Shown: positions 14,431-27,415 of the stretch, piece by piece
Position numbering within the stretch: the first letter of the stretch is position 1
How the letters are laid out: each line of letters begins with the position of its first letter
Assembly (NCBI GenBank): GCA_973851085.1
Contig: OZ316775.1
Coordinates: 1,922,001 to 1,986,000, forward strand
Reading direction: 5' to 3'
DNA from: Ptychomitrium polyphyllum
Lineage: Eukaryota
DNA: 64,000 nucleotides
Program-made: the position numbers and the translations under genes
Notes under the pieces: generated by a model
Seen by the model: only the letters and a program-made list of their open reading frames with translations
What the model was told of the DNA's origin: nothing
The model's database searches: none

Positions 14431-15374
14431 TAATATATCTAAGGTTATAGACAAGATCAATACAACATTCTTTAATAACAAATACAATGCTTTAGAGCAG
14501 GTATTACCAATTCTACAACCTATGATAGAAGACCAAAAGAAAAAATGGAGATTTGATCAAAACACTTTTTGAATTATTATTACATTGGATTCTTAGAATT
14601 GAAGCTTAAATCCATATTTGAATGACCTTTTTATCAAAGAATTAATGAGTAAAGAAGTCAGTTTGGAAGAAACAACATAAATCCACTAAGCCAAATAAGT
14701 CTATCCATATGTCTTTCAAAAATTATATCCATAATTAGCTTGATGGAATTTCCTAATAATACTTTAGCTTCAGTTAACTATCTTTTGAGATTGGTATAAT
14801 TAATTCCACAAGCATCTCTATTTGACTTCCATGCCTCAATTCATTCTAAAAACTTAGTGATGCAATTTATTTATAGTAATATTTTAACAAAGTCTATTGA
14901 GGAGATTCCATTTAGCACCAATATAGCCAAAAAAAATAACTATTGTTTGCCAAGAAGATATGATGGTAATAAAGTCCAAGCAAGGATAATATAGCCATAA
15001 TTCAATAATATGGGGTCTTTCATATTGATGTTAGAAAATAGTATTTAAGCACTTAATGAACTAGCCAAAAGATTTGATAATGTTGTTTGCAACAATTTCA
15101 TTAAAATCCATGAATTTGATTTTGCTAATGTATAAAAAACAACAAAACGGTAAAATTTGCATACACAGTTGCTTTAAATTAAGAGCAATTTCAAAAATTA
15201 ATCAAAGATGGCATTTCCTTTGCCAATTGGTAATTCCATGGACAATCATCCAAAGAGCCAATTAATAGAAATGATAGAAGAAATCCTCTAGAATTCAAAT
15301 TGCTTAAATTAATTGCGTGATGATCATAGCTATTAACCTACAACTCATCAAAATCATAAAATGTAAAGATTTGC

Positions 15375-18300
15375 ATGCCAGACAAGTTCAATGGATCAAG
15401 ATCAAAATTGAAAAGATATATTCAACAAATAAGGTTCTTCTTTACTTTGCATTAATCTCGCTATCTTGATGGCACAACTCAAGTGGGATTTGTGGCCACT
15501 CTTTTATCAAACAATGCCTTATCGTAGTTTGCACCATTAATGGAGAAGCAGTCACCAGTATTGAACAACTTAGATGCTTTCATAGAAGCATTGACATCTA
15601 CTTTTGGAGACACCAACCAAAAAAGGGTGGCTAAGACAAGGATCCAGAGTCTCTAACAAGGACAGCGCTTAGCTGCTACATATTCTACAGAGTTTCGACA
15701 ACTAGCTTACAACCTTGATTGGAATGATAAGGCCTTGGTTACACAATTCCAATGGGATTCAAGAGAGAATGTGAAGAACTTACTACTCACAATGTCAAGA
15801 ATTGAAACATTGGACGAATTCATCACTCAAGCAATAGCATGTGACAATAGACTATTTGAGAGGCGCCAAGAACAACGCTTAGGATGGCAACCAATACATC
15901 AAAGCATGTCTACCATTTCTTCAAGAAGATTGGAAAGCCGACCACAAGGACCAAAACCTATGCAAATTGATGCTGCTCAATTTAGACGTTTGACTCTAGA
16001 CGAAAAATAAAGGTGTTGAAGAGGAAACTTATGTTTGTCTTGTGGCAATTTTGGATATAAAGTGCACAATTGCCAAATCAAAGGATCTGCCTTTAAGGCT
16101 CGAAGCACAATGGTGGAGTTGGAAAATAAGGCTGTCTAGTCACAGTAGGGACCATGAGACTAGACACCACAAGGAAACGACCATCAAATCAAGGTCTCTT
16201 ACTACCTTCAAGCCCTACCTCTTGTTTTACATTTCCTATCAAAATTAAATTGTTAGATGATGAAATACTTTGTGAGGCTCTTTTAGACACTAGTGTAACA
16301 ACATGCTTCATGGACAAGGATTTTGCAAACAAACATCTCATGGTGCTTGTGAACAAAAAATATCCCGCACTTGTTAAAATTATTGATGGACAATCTCTTG
16401 TGTCTGGCAACGTTATTGAAGAAACTCAACCCTTGGAGGGTTGTTTTAGGTGACCAGGCATCTAAGATTGTCTTCAACATCATTCAATGCCAAAAAAATC
16501 CTATTGTTTTGGGTCTTCCTTGGTTTGAATTACATAATCCAAACATTGATTGGCGCTCACAGAGTATAGTCTCAAGGAAAAGATGTTAAAGTATCAGAAA
16601 TCTTGAACCATCATTTATTGGAGTTAAGGCATTTATGAGAATGGCAAAAAATGAACCAATCTATGCCATTTATGCTACACCAATGTCCAGCTTTATAATA
16701 GAGACTAATAAAAATATACCTCGTCAATATCAAGATTATAAAGACGTTTTTGAAAAAAAGAATGCGGATATATTATCAAAGCACCGGCCTTATGATTGTA
16801 CCATTGAGTTGCAAGAAGGAACCCAACCACCTTTTGGACCTATTTATAACTTATCACAAACCGAGTTGACTGCCTTAAAATAGTATATTGATGAAAATCT
16901 TGGAAAATGTTTCATTCAACATTCTAAATCACCGGCTGGAGCATCCATTCTATTTGTAAAGAAGAAAGATGGATCATTACGTATGTGCGTGGACTATTGA
17001 GGCCTCAGTAAAGTAACAAAAAAGAATTGCTATCCATTACCATTAATTTCAGGACTCCTACAACAACTTAGCCAAGCAAAGATATTCACCAAAATTGATC
17101 TTAAGGGAGCCTACAATCTTGTACGCATAAAAGAAAGAGACAAATGGAAGACAACATTTCAATCTAAATATGGTCATTTTGAATACAATGTCATGCCTTT
17201 CGGCCTTATTAATGCCCCCACAGTCTTCTAACATATGATGAATGATATCTTCCATGAACATTTGGACGATTTTGTAGTCATCTACTTAGATGACATTTTG
17301 ATATATTCAAAGGATTAACAAGACCACAAATGTCATAAGCGACTGGTCTGAGAAAAACTACATCAACCAGGATTATATGCCAAATTAGAGAAGTGTCTTT
17401 TTTCATGAATCATCGGTTGAATGTTTAAGCTACATCATTTCCAAAAGAGGAATTCATATGGATAAGAAAAAAATAAGCACTGTCGTAGAGTGGAGTACAC
17501 CAAAATCAATTCAAGATGTTCAATGCTTCTTGGAATTTGCAAACTTCTACAAGATATTCATCAAGAATTATTCTAAGATTGCGGCACCATTAACACGTCT
17601 TACGGGGAAGCAAAAATTCATTTGGGATGAAGAAGCAAAAAAAACATTTCAAAGTCTTAAGAAGTCATTCATGTCGATTCCAATCCTTATTCATCCAAAT
17701 CCATTGAAGCCTTTCTATTTGGAAGCGGATGCCTCAGATTTTGCGCTTGGCTCAGTACACTCACAATATGATGAAGACGGGAGACTTCACCCTCTTGCCT
17801 TTCGTTCAAAGAAGTTCTTAGCGGCACACATCAACTATAATATACATGATAAAAAACTACTTGCAGTTAATGATGCGTTTGAAGAATGGCGACACTTATT
17901 GGAAGGATCTCAACATATCAACACGGTATACACAGACCACAAGAATTTGAAGTATTTCATGAGTGCGCGTGTTTTGAATTGCCGTCAAGCAAGGTGGAGT
18001 ATGTCGCTTTTAAGATTTGACTTTGTCATTACCTATCGACTTGCTAGCTTACAAGGTAAGCCAAATGCCTTATCTTGAAGATCTTATTTAGCTCTTCAAC
18101 GTGAAGATGATATTTTAAATCAATAAAGGACTATTTTATTGGAGCCAGAGAATCTTCAATTGAAAGCAGCAATTATTACAACAACATCCCATCTTGACAA
18201 AATTTGGAAGGCTTTAAAGAATGAAATCTTTGTTTCAAATATAAAGAAGCACCTCAAAGACAATATAAATCCTTCAAATAGCGATGAAGACTTTGAATTC

Positions 18301-19634
18301 CAAAAGGACCTATGTTATTATAAAGGACTTTTGAACCCACCTCCAGGCCTTTACAGTTGAAGATCTTTCAAGCACGTCATGATTTTCTAGTACCAAGACA
18401 TTTTGGATTCAATAAAACAATGGAGTTGATTGCTACATACTATTAGTGGCCACAAATGTGGAAGTACGTGAAGGACTTTGTTCGATCATGCGACACTTGT
18501 GCAAGAATCAAGATACCAAGGCACCAACTTCATGGTCTCCTCCATTTGTTTCCAGTGCCAAAGGGCCCATGGTTGTCTTTATCAATGGATTTTATCACGA
18601 ACCTTCCAAACTCCAATTCTAAGGATTCTATTTTGGTAGTAGTGGATTGATTTGTCAAAATGGCACATTTCATTCCATGTAACAAGACGGTAACGGGAGA
18701 AGAAACTGCCAAGTTGTTTTTAAATCACGTCTACCGCATACATAGACTACCAGATGATATTGTATCCAATTGAGGGCCGCGGTTCATTTCCAACTTTTGG
18801 AGGGTTCTATTCTAACTGTTGCGTGTAAAGATTAACCTTTCTTCAGCACACCATCCGCAGACTGCTAGCCAAACCGAACGTGTGAATCAAATTTTGGTGC
18901 AGTACCTTTGTTGTAGTATAAACTACCTGCAAGACAACTGGATGGATCTCTTGCCTTTGGCAAAATTTGCTTACAACAACACGGTGCATTCTTCAACAAC
19001 TCAAAGTCCATTCTTTGCAAATCATGGCCATCTTCCTCGAGCAGATCCATTTGAAGTGAAATATGTTGGAAGTCCAGCAAGAAAGGATTTTGCAATTCAA
19101 CTTGCTAAAATCCATCAAGAAATAACCTTTTTGTTACAACAAGCTCAAGATCGTTATAAAACTTATGCAGATCGCCATCAAAAGGACCATCCAAAGTTCA
19201 AGGTTGGAGATAGCATATGGTTCCTATGACAAAATATACAAACAAAAAGACCATCAAAGAATTTGGTTTATTAAAGGTTGAGACCGTTTGAAATCAGCAA
19301 ACAGATAAATCCGGTTACTTATACCCTAAAGCTTCCACCAAGCATGCAAATTCATCCAATATTCCACATATTATTGTTGGGAACCTATAACAAATAATGT
19401 ATACCAAAGAGAATTATCTCTCCACTTCCTCCGCTGGAAATCAATAATGAAATTGAATATGAAGTGGAAGAGATCTTAGATTCACGCATCAAAAACAGAT
19501 GTGTGGATTATTTTATACATTGGCAAGGATATGACATCAATGACCAAATATGGGAACCTTCAATAAATGTAACAAATGCATCCGAAAAGGTATGCAAATT
19601 TTATCAAAGATATCCTCAGAAACCAAGTCAGTGA
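15375..19634 (+). pseudogene. gag-pol pseudogene of the Gypsy element (PR-RT-RH-IN-chromodomain)
   Basis: Fragmented ORFs at 15735, 16154, 16371, 16635, 17458, 18139, 18456 and 18819, with many stops and frameshifts. The C-terminal chromodomain EYEVEEILDSRIKNRCVDYFIHWQGYDINDQIWEP lies at about 19455-19560. Confidence 0.93.
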
Positions 19635-20288
19635 TGATGTGTCATCAGTAGCCGTTAGCTTCACAGAGAAGTTTTTCCTTTGTAGACGAGTACAAGGAAA
19701 AAAAAAATATATCCAAAACCTCTAATTGTATACAACATTATTTCCAAGATAGATCATTTCTAGACCCTAGCTAGCATGTCAAAACTTTGCGTTATCATGG
19801 ATATGCGTGAAGAGCAATTGGCCATGCCTTCATCAACAACAGCATCTATTGAGCCAATTCAACTTTTTTAGCCTTCAGTAATGGAAGATCTAAGCCAAGA
19901 TATGAGAAGGACATTCCAGCATTGAATATGACCTTGTGCAGAAGTATTGGCTAGCCGCCCTTTACATTCAATTTTAATTCAGATGCTTGCGCTTTTGTCA
20001 TCTTGTTAGAAATTGGAAGAGTCATTCCTGAAGGACCCAAAATCTTGTTTGGAGGATGTTTTGAAGGACTTAATCAAGATCAGATCTTGGAATGGGACAT
20101 TTCAACAACAAAAGTCTTGGCTGGTAATCATCGGCGTTTTTTGCAAGGACTTGTTGAACCAATGAACAAAGAACAACGAGCAAAATATGTTGCTTCATTC
20201 CTTCGACCAATTTTGGAATTTGTAGAAATGTGACAAGCAAGCCAAGAAAATAGCTCCTCATGGAACTTGTCGATAAATGAGGAGGGGA

Positions 20289-20781
20289 TGTCACAGACAT
20301 AGATCATGCAACATAGTCCTTAGATCAGTCTAGAACCTTCTAGTATATTTATAATAGCTTCTTAGAATACTTTTAAATGTCACTATAGCCTTTCCATGTT
20401 CTTAGAAAGCTTCCTAGGAAGGTTCTTCCACCTTAGAAAATTTAATAGAAAGGTTCTATCATCTGAGGTAATTTATTAGGAAACTTCCTTGGAAGGTTCT
20501 ATCATTTTAGGAAAATTCTTAGAAAAGTTCCTTAGACTTGTAAAACATTCTTAAGCCTTGTAGGAAGCTTCTTTAGAAGTATCTTAGGAGGTACAAACGT
20601 CATAGTATAAATAAGAGGCAAGACAAGGTATTCTTTTGTCTTTCCAACACAAATTGTGGTTCATATTGAATCTTGCCTTATTCTACTCTTTGTATCAAGT
20701 TTTTGTTAATCATTAGATCTTTGGAATGTAGTTTTTGGGAAACACTTCGTTTTTTGCTTCTTGTTTCTTGTGTCCCTAACA
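20289..20781 (+). repeat. 3' LTR (493 bp) of the + strand Gypsy element
   Basis: TGTCACAGAC...GTCCCTAACA directly after the PPT. Contains TATAAATA at about 20606. Homologous to the other three LTRs in the window. Confidence 0.95.
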
Positions 20782-23700
20782 CATGGCACTTATATCATCA
20801 ATTTCAAAATTTAATAACCAACAAAAATAATGTTTGTTAAAAGTTCTGATAGCATGTACAAAAAGTGAAAGTTTAGAATATTAATTATGACCATTAACAC
20901 TTGTAAATGGTATTAATAATTTATTAGAATAAAAAATAAAGACAAGAAATTACATAAGAAAAATGAAGAGGAATGTATAAATGTCTCCTATGAATAAATT
21001 TTATCACCATTACGTCAAAAGTAATTCTTTTACAAATCTTGATTACAAATCACACCATGATATAAAATATGCATAAATTTTATGAGAATTTTCTTCCTTT
21101 ATAATGGCCACAAATCTCTACAATCTTTAGACATATATAATTCTTCTACATTTATATAATTACATCCACAAAATTTGAGTACACGTGTCCTAAATGAATT
21201 AATGCATTAATAATGATTAAATAATATAAGCTCTTAAATTTATTAATGCAATTTTTTTTCTAAAATAAATCTCAAATTGCAATCAAACCAAAATTCTTTT
21301 AAAAAATGGGTACACTTTTCAATCCATCTAAAATATCTCTAGACAATGTCCATCTATTTATATAATTAAGTTATACATACAAATCTTTCATAAAATATTC
21401 TATATACAATATACCATAAATTATATAAAGTTATAAATTTTCCTAATATACCACAAAGTATCAAACAAATTTCATTATTTATCACAAAAACTCAATAATA
21501 ACTTCCTTAGATGTTATGAATTCATCACAAGATATTTTCATCTTTTATTAATCTAAGCCTTCTTTTACATACTTCAATAAATGACAATTATCACTAACCA
21601 CAAAATTCATTTTATGGCCTCAAAGGCTTTTTCACTAAATATTCCATTATCTACTATTTAAAAAATTCTAACTAAATCTTATACACTTCTTACTATAATC
21701 ATAAGCTAAGAAATCAAATTAAATTTTATAAATAAAAAATAATATTTATATAATGTTCCTTTCTTTTAAATTAGTTTTTAACAATACTCATGCATTTATA
21801 AGGTGAGTTTAATAAATAATATTTTACACACTTAAAAGAAGTAAATAACTATTTTTTATTTATAAAAAGTCCTAAGAAATATTACAAAAGATGTCTACTT
21901 TATCAAATATATTATTTTATCTTCAAATTATACAATTTTTAATAAATCCATTAATCTTTCATTGTTCTAACATCTTTACATTTCCATACATCCAAATGAT
22001 TTAGCTTTTATACTTCCACCTAAAACATAATTATCCAACATATCCAAAAATTAACCATATTCACATATTATATAAAAACTTGAATTTTGACATTGTCCTT
22101 ATAGGTAGACAAAATAACAATTAAATCATTACACTTCAAGGAATAGATTAATGTTGAAAATATTAGAACTTTTCATTCAAAAGTTGCAATTAATATGTGT
22201 TTCAAGCAAGTAATTAAAAAATTCTTTAAACAAAGGTGGAGTCTGTTACATTCATATCAACGGCATAAACGGTTACTTTATTATTTATTTTAACATAGTT
22301 CAATATAACTTCACCACAATATAACAACTAATATCTAGTATGTTCAAATCTTCCATTTAATACCATCACTTCTAGATACTACTCATCCTAAAATATTAAT
22401 TCTCTCACTACCAACAACTTAAACAAATTCCATACACAATTTTTTGAAGATATATTCATATAATTAGATAACCTTATCAACAAATGAACAATTCATCCAT
22501 GAATAATGGCAAATAATAAAACAACCAAAAATCTATTTATAACTCCACTTTTATTCCAATATATATATAGAATAATTCTAGAAGATGATTGTCTATTTAA
22601 AAAATTATAAAAGAATGAAATAGATCTATTAAGATACTATTATATTAGTAAAACAATATAGCAAACCAAAAAATAATCTTATTTGGCAAATATATTCTTA
22701 CAATTCAAATCCTTAAAACTTCTTGCATGTCTAAATCCTACTTCTTTTTGACATATATATACAAAATAACAAATAGATTGAAATAACGATAAACATAGTA
22801 CATGATGCCAACAAAAAAGGTTGTAAAATATTACAAAACACACAAAAAAATTGCTTTATAAAAGTTTAAAAAAATGCAAACGACCATGTAAAATAAGCCC
22901 CAAAAAATCAACAAAAAAATCATTAAAGATATTAAACCACCACCATCAAATTATTTCATTGATTGTAAAAGCAATTAATTAACAAATCTTGTAGGCATAT
23001 CTAAAGAAATTCATAATCAACAATCTAATATTAATAATTCCAAAGCACCAATATGCTATTATTAACAAAAAAAACCAATTTATTGTACTTGTAAAATCCA
23101 TTAATATCTCAAGCATGACCTTAAGAAATACACTATTAAAAAAAGAGGAAAATCACAAACTTTGTTATATTTATATTTGACCAAGCAACATTTAGCTTTT
23201 GCTTCAAAAACCTAATGAATTAAAAAAACACCTAGCCTTAACATAATTTCCAATTCCACACTAAAAACTATAACACTTAAATTTTTGAAACTACTCATTA
23301 TATTCTTCATTCATTTTTATAAATAAATCAAATATTAACTTTATAACAAATTAGTCTTGCCACCTCATTTTTCAAAAAAAAGATACATAACATCTAATCA
23401 ATTATACATCAATAACCATAACAAAAATTATATTAAAAATAATCATTAGCACCTTAATTGCTATACAATTTAACTCAATAAGAAACATCAAATACTATAT
23501 GATTGTTAAAAAGGATTTAAAGCAAAAAGATGCATATCACAACAACTCCAAAGATTTATTGCAATACTATTAGAGGCTAAATTTGCAACCAAAATAGTCA
23601 TATTTCATATAAGTATACCAAAACATGTAATTACCAGCTCCTCCAACAAATTCAAAATGCTTAAAAACTACAATTTAGAAAAGAATTATTTAAAATATAT

Positions 23701-26569
23701 AAAATAATTATTTTTTAAAGCTTTAATGACATTAAAAGGTAAGTCATATTTATAAATGAATCTTTCACTACAAATTTGTTAAATAAGGAGGATCAAAATG
23801 ATTTCATACAAAAAATATTACAATTATATAAAATCATCCATTACCATTTCTATTCAAAATAGCTAAACAAGCATGCTTTAGATATTGTGCCAAAACCTCC
23901 TACTTTACACCTACACCACTCAAAACAAAATAGATGCATTAGACATAGAACTTTTCAAAATTATATCAAACTAAGTCTTTTAAACTTTAAATAAATTCCT
24001 ATTACAAAATATTCTTGAAATAATATACATTACTTTACTTAATGGCATACAAGTAATGTGATACAATGACTTCAAATAATATTATATTATGCATACCAAA
24101 ATAATTATATCTTTAGTAAAAAAATAGACAAAAATTAATTTGCTATAATATTTGCCCTTCACAATGCTCCTTTCTTGTTCCTTGCACCATCTCCTATATG
24201 CATTTAAAACTCAATATACTATGGCTAACCAACTAATACATCTAAGAATAAAAAATTCTTTTACATCCACTACTACCAAATGATTCACATCACCTTCAAT
24301 CACCCCATTTTATAATCACAATACCACTAAACATTTGAATTCAAACAATTTACAACAAAAGATTATAAACATATAATCAAATATCAAATTTCCTATATGT
24401 GCACTTCCTTCATATACCATCTTTTTTAATGGATCTTCTTTAATATCATAATCTATAAATATGGTTTTTACAAGATAAATCATTTTTATGGAAAAATAAT
24501 ACCATTTTAATTTTAATTAAATATTATACAAAAAATATCACACATTCATTTGATAATCTAATAATAGGATCCTCTTTTAAAATCAATTAAGAAATATTAA
24601 ATATATGCCACTTCCAACTAGTGTCTTTTACATTAATATATCTATTAATAAATACAATTTAAAAAAAAGATAATACTATATATCAAGCAACAATGCAAAT
24701 TCAATGTGACATATACACACCTATAAAGACAATTGTAAATACTTTATTATTACTTTAAACTTAAGTTCTAGTCATTATAAAAAATATGTAATATATTTTT
24801 TAATCAAAATTGCAAATTAAAGCACCTTCCATAAAAATTTTAAATTAAAATAGCATAATTAGATTAAAGATAAAATTATCATATTTTTAAAAATAATTTC
24901 TTCAAGAATGCATACTAATCCTTTTCTACTACAATATTAGACTTCTTTAGCGCTTCATTTAATGTGACCAATTCTTATTTTATATGTTCCATACACTTAA
25001 ACAATTTTTTTTCATCATTTCAAGAAAATAAAACTTTTTGTTCACTAAGCATTGTCATCCAACATAAATGGCAAGGAATAAGAAATGCACACCTCTTTAA
25101 TGATGAAGATGCACTGTAAGCAGTTCACTTGGTCAAATTGGTAGTTAAAAAATGTTTTAACAAAATTACAATTTTAAACTTTCTAAACATCAAATGATAT
25201 CAAAACTTCATCCATCAAATTGGACCTTATTAAATATTCATATTGTATTCCACATATAAGTTGATACTATTACTTATGTAATTATTAATTATTTCTTTGG
25301 AACTAAATAAACATAAAAAAGAATAAATAAAACCCAATTATTATGTATATACTATAAGTTCAAATAAGATAATTAATATTTCCATCCAAACTCTATACTT
25401 AAATAATATTAAAAAATATTTACTATCATCCATAATTACATATACCATACTTCACAATTACCAACTAATAGTCAAATTATTTGCAACCAAAAATGGTCCA
25501 AAATTATTTATCTAATAATACCATATTTAATAAATATTCATATATTTCTTTTAATCAATCTTGAAATAGAATATTTCTAAAAATTCTTCTTACAGTTATG
25601 TTAGTAAGGCAAATGATTTTTTTAATTTCTTATAAGAAATTACTCCTAGTGAATGGAAAAAAGAAAAAGTTGACAACAATATATACAATCTTTCTGAAGG
25701 AATTTATATTGCAAAAAGACTACTTAGCCTCCAAAATATCTTTAGAGCAAAATCCATTGTCGTTCATAAAAAAATATAGTTGATTATCAAATTACATTAC
25801 AACAAATTAATATACATCTATATAAACTGCCAAACACCTTTCATCTACTCCATATACAAAGACTAGTGGCACTTAATGGAAAATAATTAGGTAAATACTC
25901 CATAAAATTCCTAAAGAAATATATTATAAAATATAATAATGAAAATAATCTAAATAAAACCATAAAAGCTTTCCAAACATAAAAATAATAGATTAAAATG
26001 AAATTAGAGACAAAGAACTATTTAATGAATTTTGGACTAATTCAAACATTAAAAATTCATAAAAGAAAATGCTTCTCAGAATTTCACAAAGAACAATACA
26101 TCTTGAAAGAGCGCTTCTTGAAAAGAGGTCTATTCATATATTATATGCCTAATCTATAATTCTTTAGAATCTAACACATGGTTCCATGCATTATTAAAAT
26201 GCCAAAATCAGTTTGATAATAGATTTAGAATTAATGGATTTAAGATTATTTTTTAAACATTAAAATGAAGAATACTTCACTCTCATTTTTTTTAAAATTA
26301 AATGCTACATTATTATGAATATTAATACATTTAAGGCAATAATATAAAAATTCTTCTTAAAAACAAATGATTGAAGAAATAACAAATTCCAACTTCAAAT
26401 CAAGTATAACAAATTAAGAAGATGAATAATTCAATTTTTCATAGTCAATAACATTTGATGGCAAATTACCAAAAAATATTCCATCAAGACAAACTTATTA
26501 TTCCTCTCATATCTATTAACACCTCTTTTTAAAACATTAATACAACCACTATATAAAAAAATTGTTAAT

Positions 26570-27415
26570 ATGTATGTGCTCGTTTTGTAAGCACAAGGCT
26601 TTTTTTTATGGTAGGCCAAGTCAATTATGCTGTACTCATACTTTTTTTTCTTCTTAGCTTAAGTTTTGATTTTAATAAAAAAAATTTGATTTAATTTATT
26701 ACATTCCTTCTACTTCAACATTCTATTACTTCTATTTTATATGCATTAGACCTTCAAACTTTTTATTCTAGAGTTGAAAGTCACAAAAAACATAAGCTCT
26801 AAATTTTACATCCAAAACATTCTTTTAATAAAAATAATGAAATTAAATCGTTTAATTCAAATTTTGTCAATTTAATATTCAAGGTAAATGTTACAAACTT
26901 ATGGAAATAGTGCATTTCAACACCTTCCAAGTATACTCCAACATAATAGACCCTTAGAAGGCACAATCAAATTTCTAAATTTATTTTAAAAACTTCACAT
27001 TTATAAACTTCCTCGCGGTCCAATAAAAAACCTCCACCATTTGGCCAATAGAAAGTCATTACCTTGTAGCCCACTAAAAAGCTACAACCATTTAATTTAA
27101 TAAAGAGTCATCACTGTGCAATTCAATAAAAAAACAACTACCATGTGGTCTAATAACAATTAACTACCAAGGGGTTCAATGAAAAATAGCGCCATTTAGC
27201 CGCTTCAAAAGTCAATATTCTACAAACCACATAATCATTTAATAATTTTATCTACCCCAATTTAATCTATTTACTTAAAACTTTTTCAACAACACAACTA
27301 GAACAAAAATAAAAATAATACCATACTAATATAAATCTTATAGTACTTTTAAAGCCACAAAATAAATAGAAAAATGCCTAAAATTTAATAAAAAGCAGCC
27401 AGCGTCACAACAATG
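26570..27415 (+). repeat. Degenerate dispersed repeat, copy 2 (old LTR-like, second family)
   Basis: Homologous to 13590-14430. TGTTAC at 26889 is followed by ~26-bp degenerate CCAAT-containing subrepeats at 27020-27200. Boundaries are approximate. Confidence 0.6.

Larger units (their letters stand above)
15365..20781 (+). mobile_element. 5'-truncated Ty3/Gypsy chromovirus LTR retrotransposon (Tcn1/Tf1-sushi-like), decayed
   Basis: Contains gag (MPDKF..., PKPMQID, zinc-knuckle remnant), protease (ALLDTS), RT (YLDDIL at 17283), RNase H (LEADASDFALG, YTDHKNL), integrase (SMDFIT) and a chromodomain. The PPT (GAGGAGGGGA) is followed by a 3' LTR TG...CA. Similarity to the 52-59 kb copy starts abruptly inside gag, and there is no 5' LTR. 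Confidence 0.95.

Noticed and set aside
17058..17261. Antisense ORF conserved in both Gypsy copies (also 56268-56471)
   Set aside because: It is the antisense shadow of the conserved RT region.
20800..26570. Giant-virus (NCLDV) insertion
   Set aside because: No diagnostic viral motif could be read, so it cannot be supported without a search.
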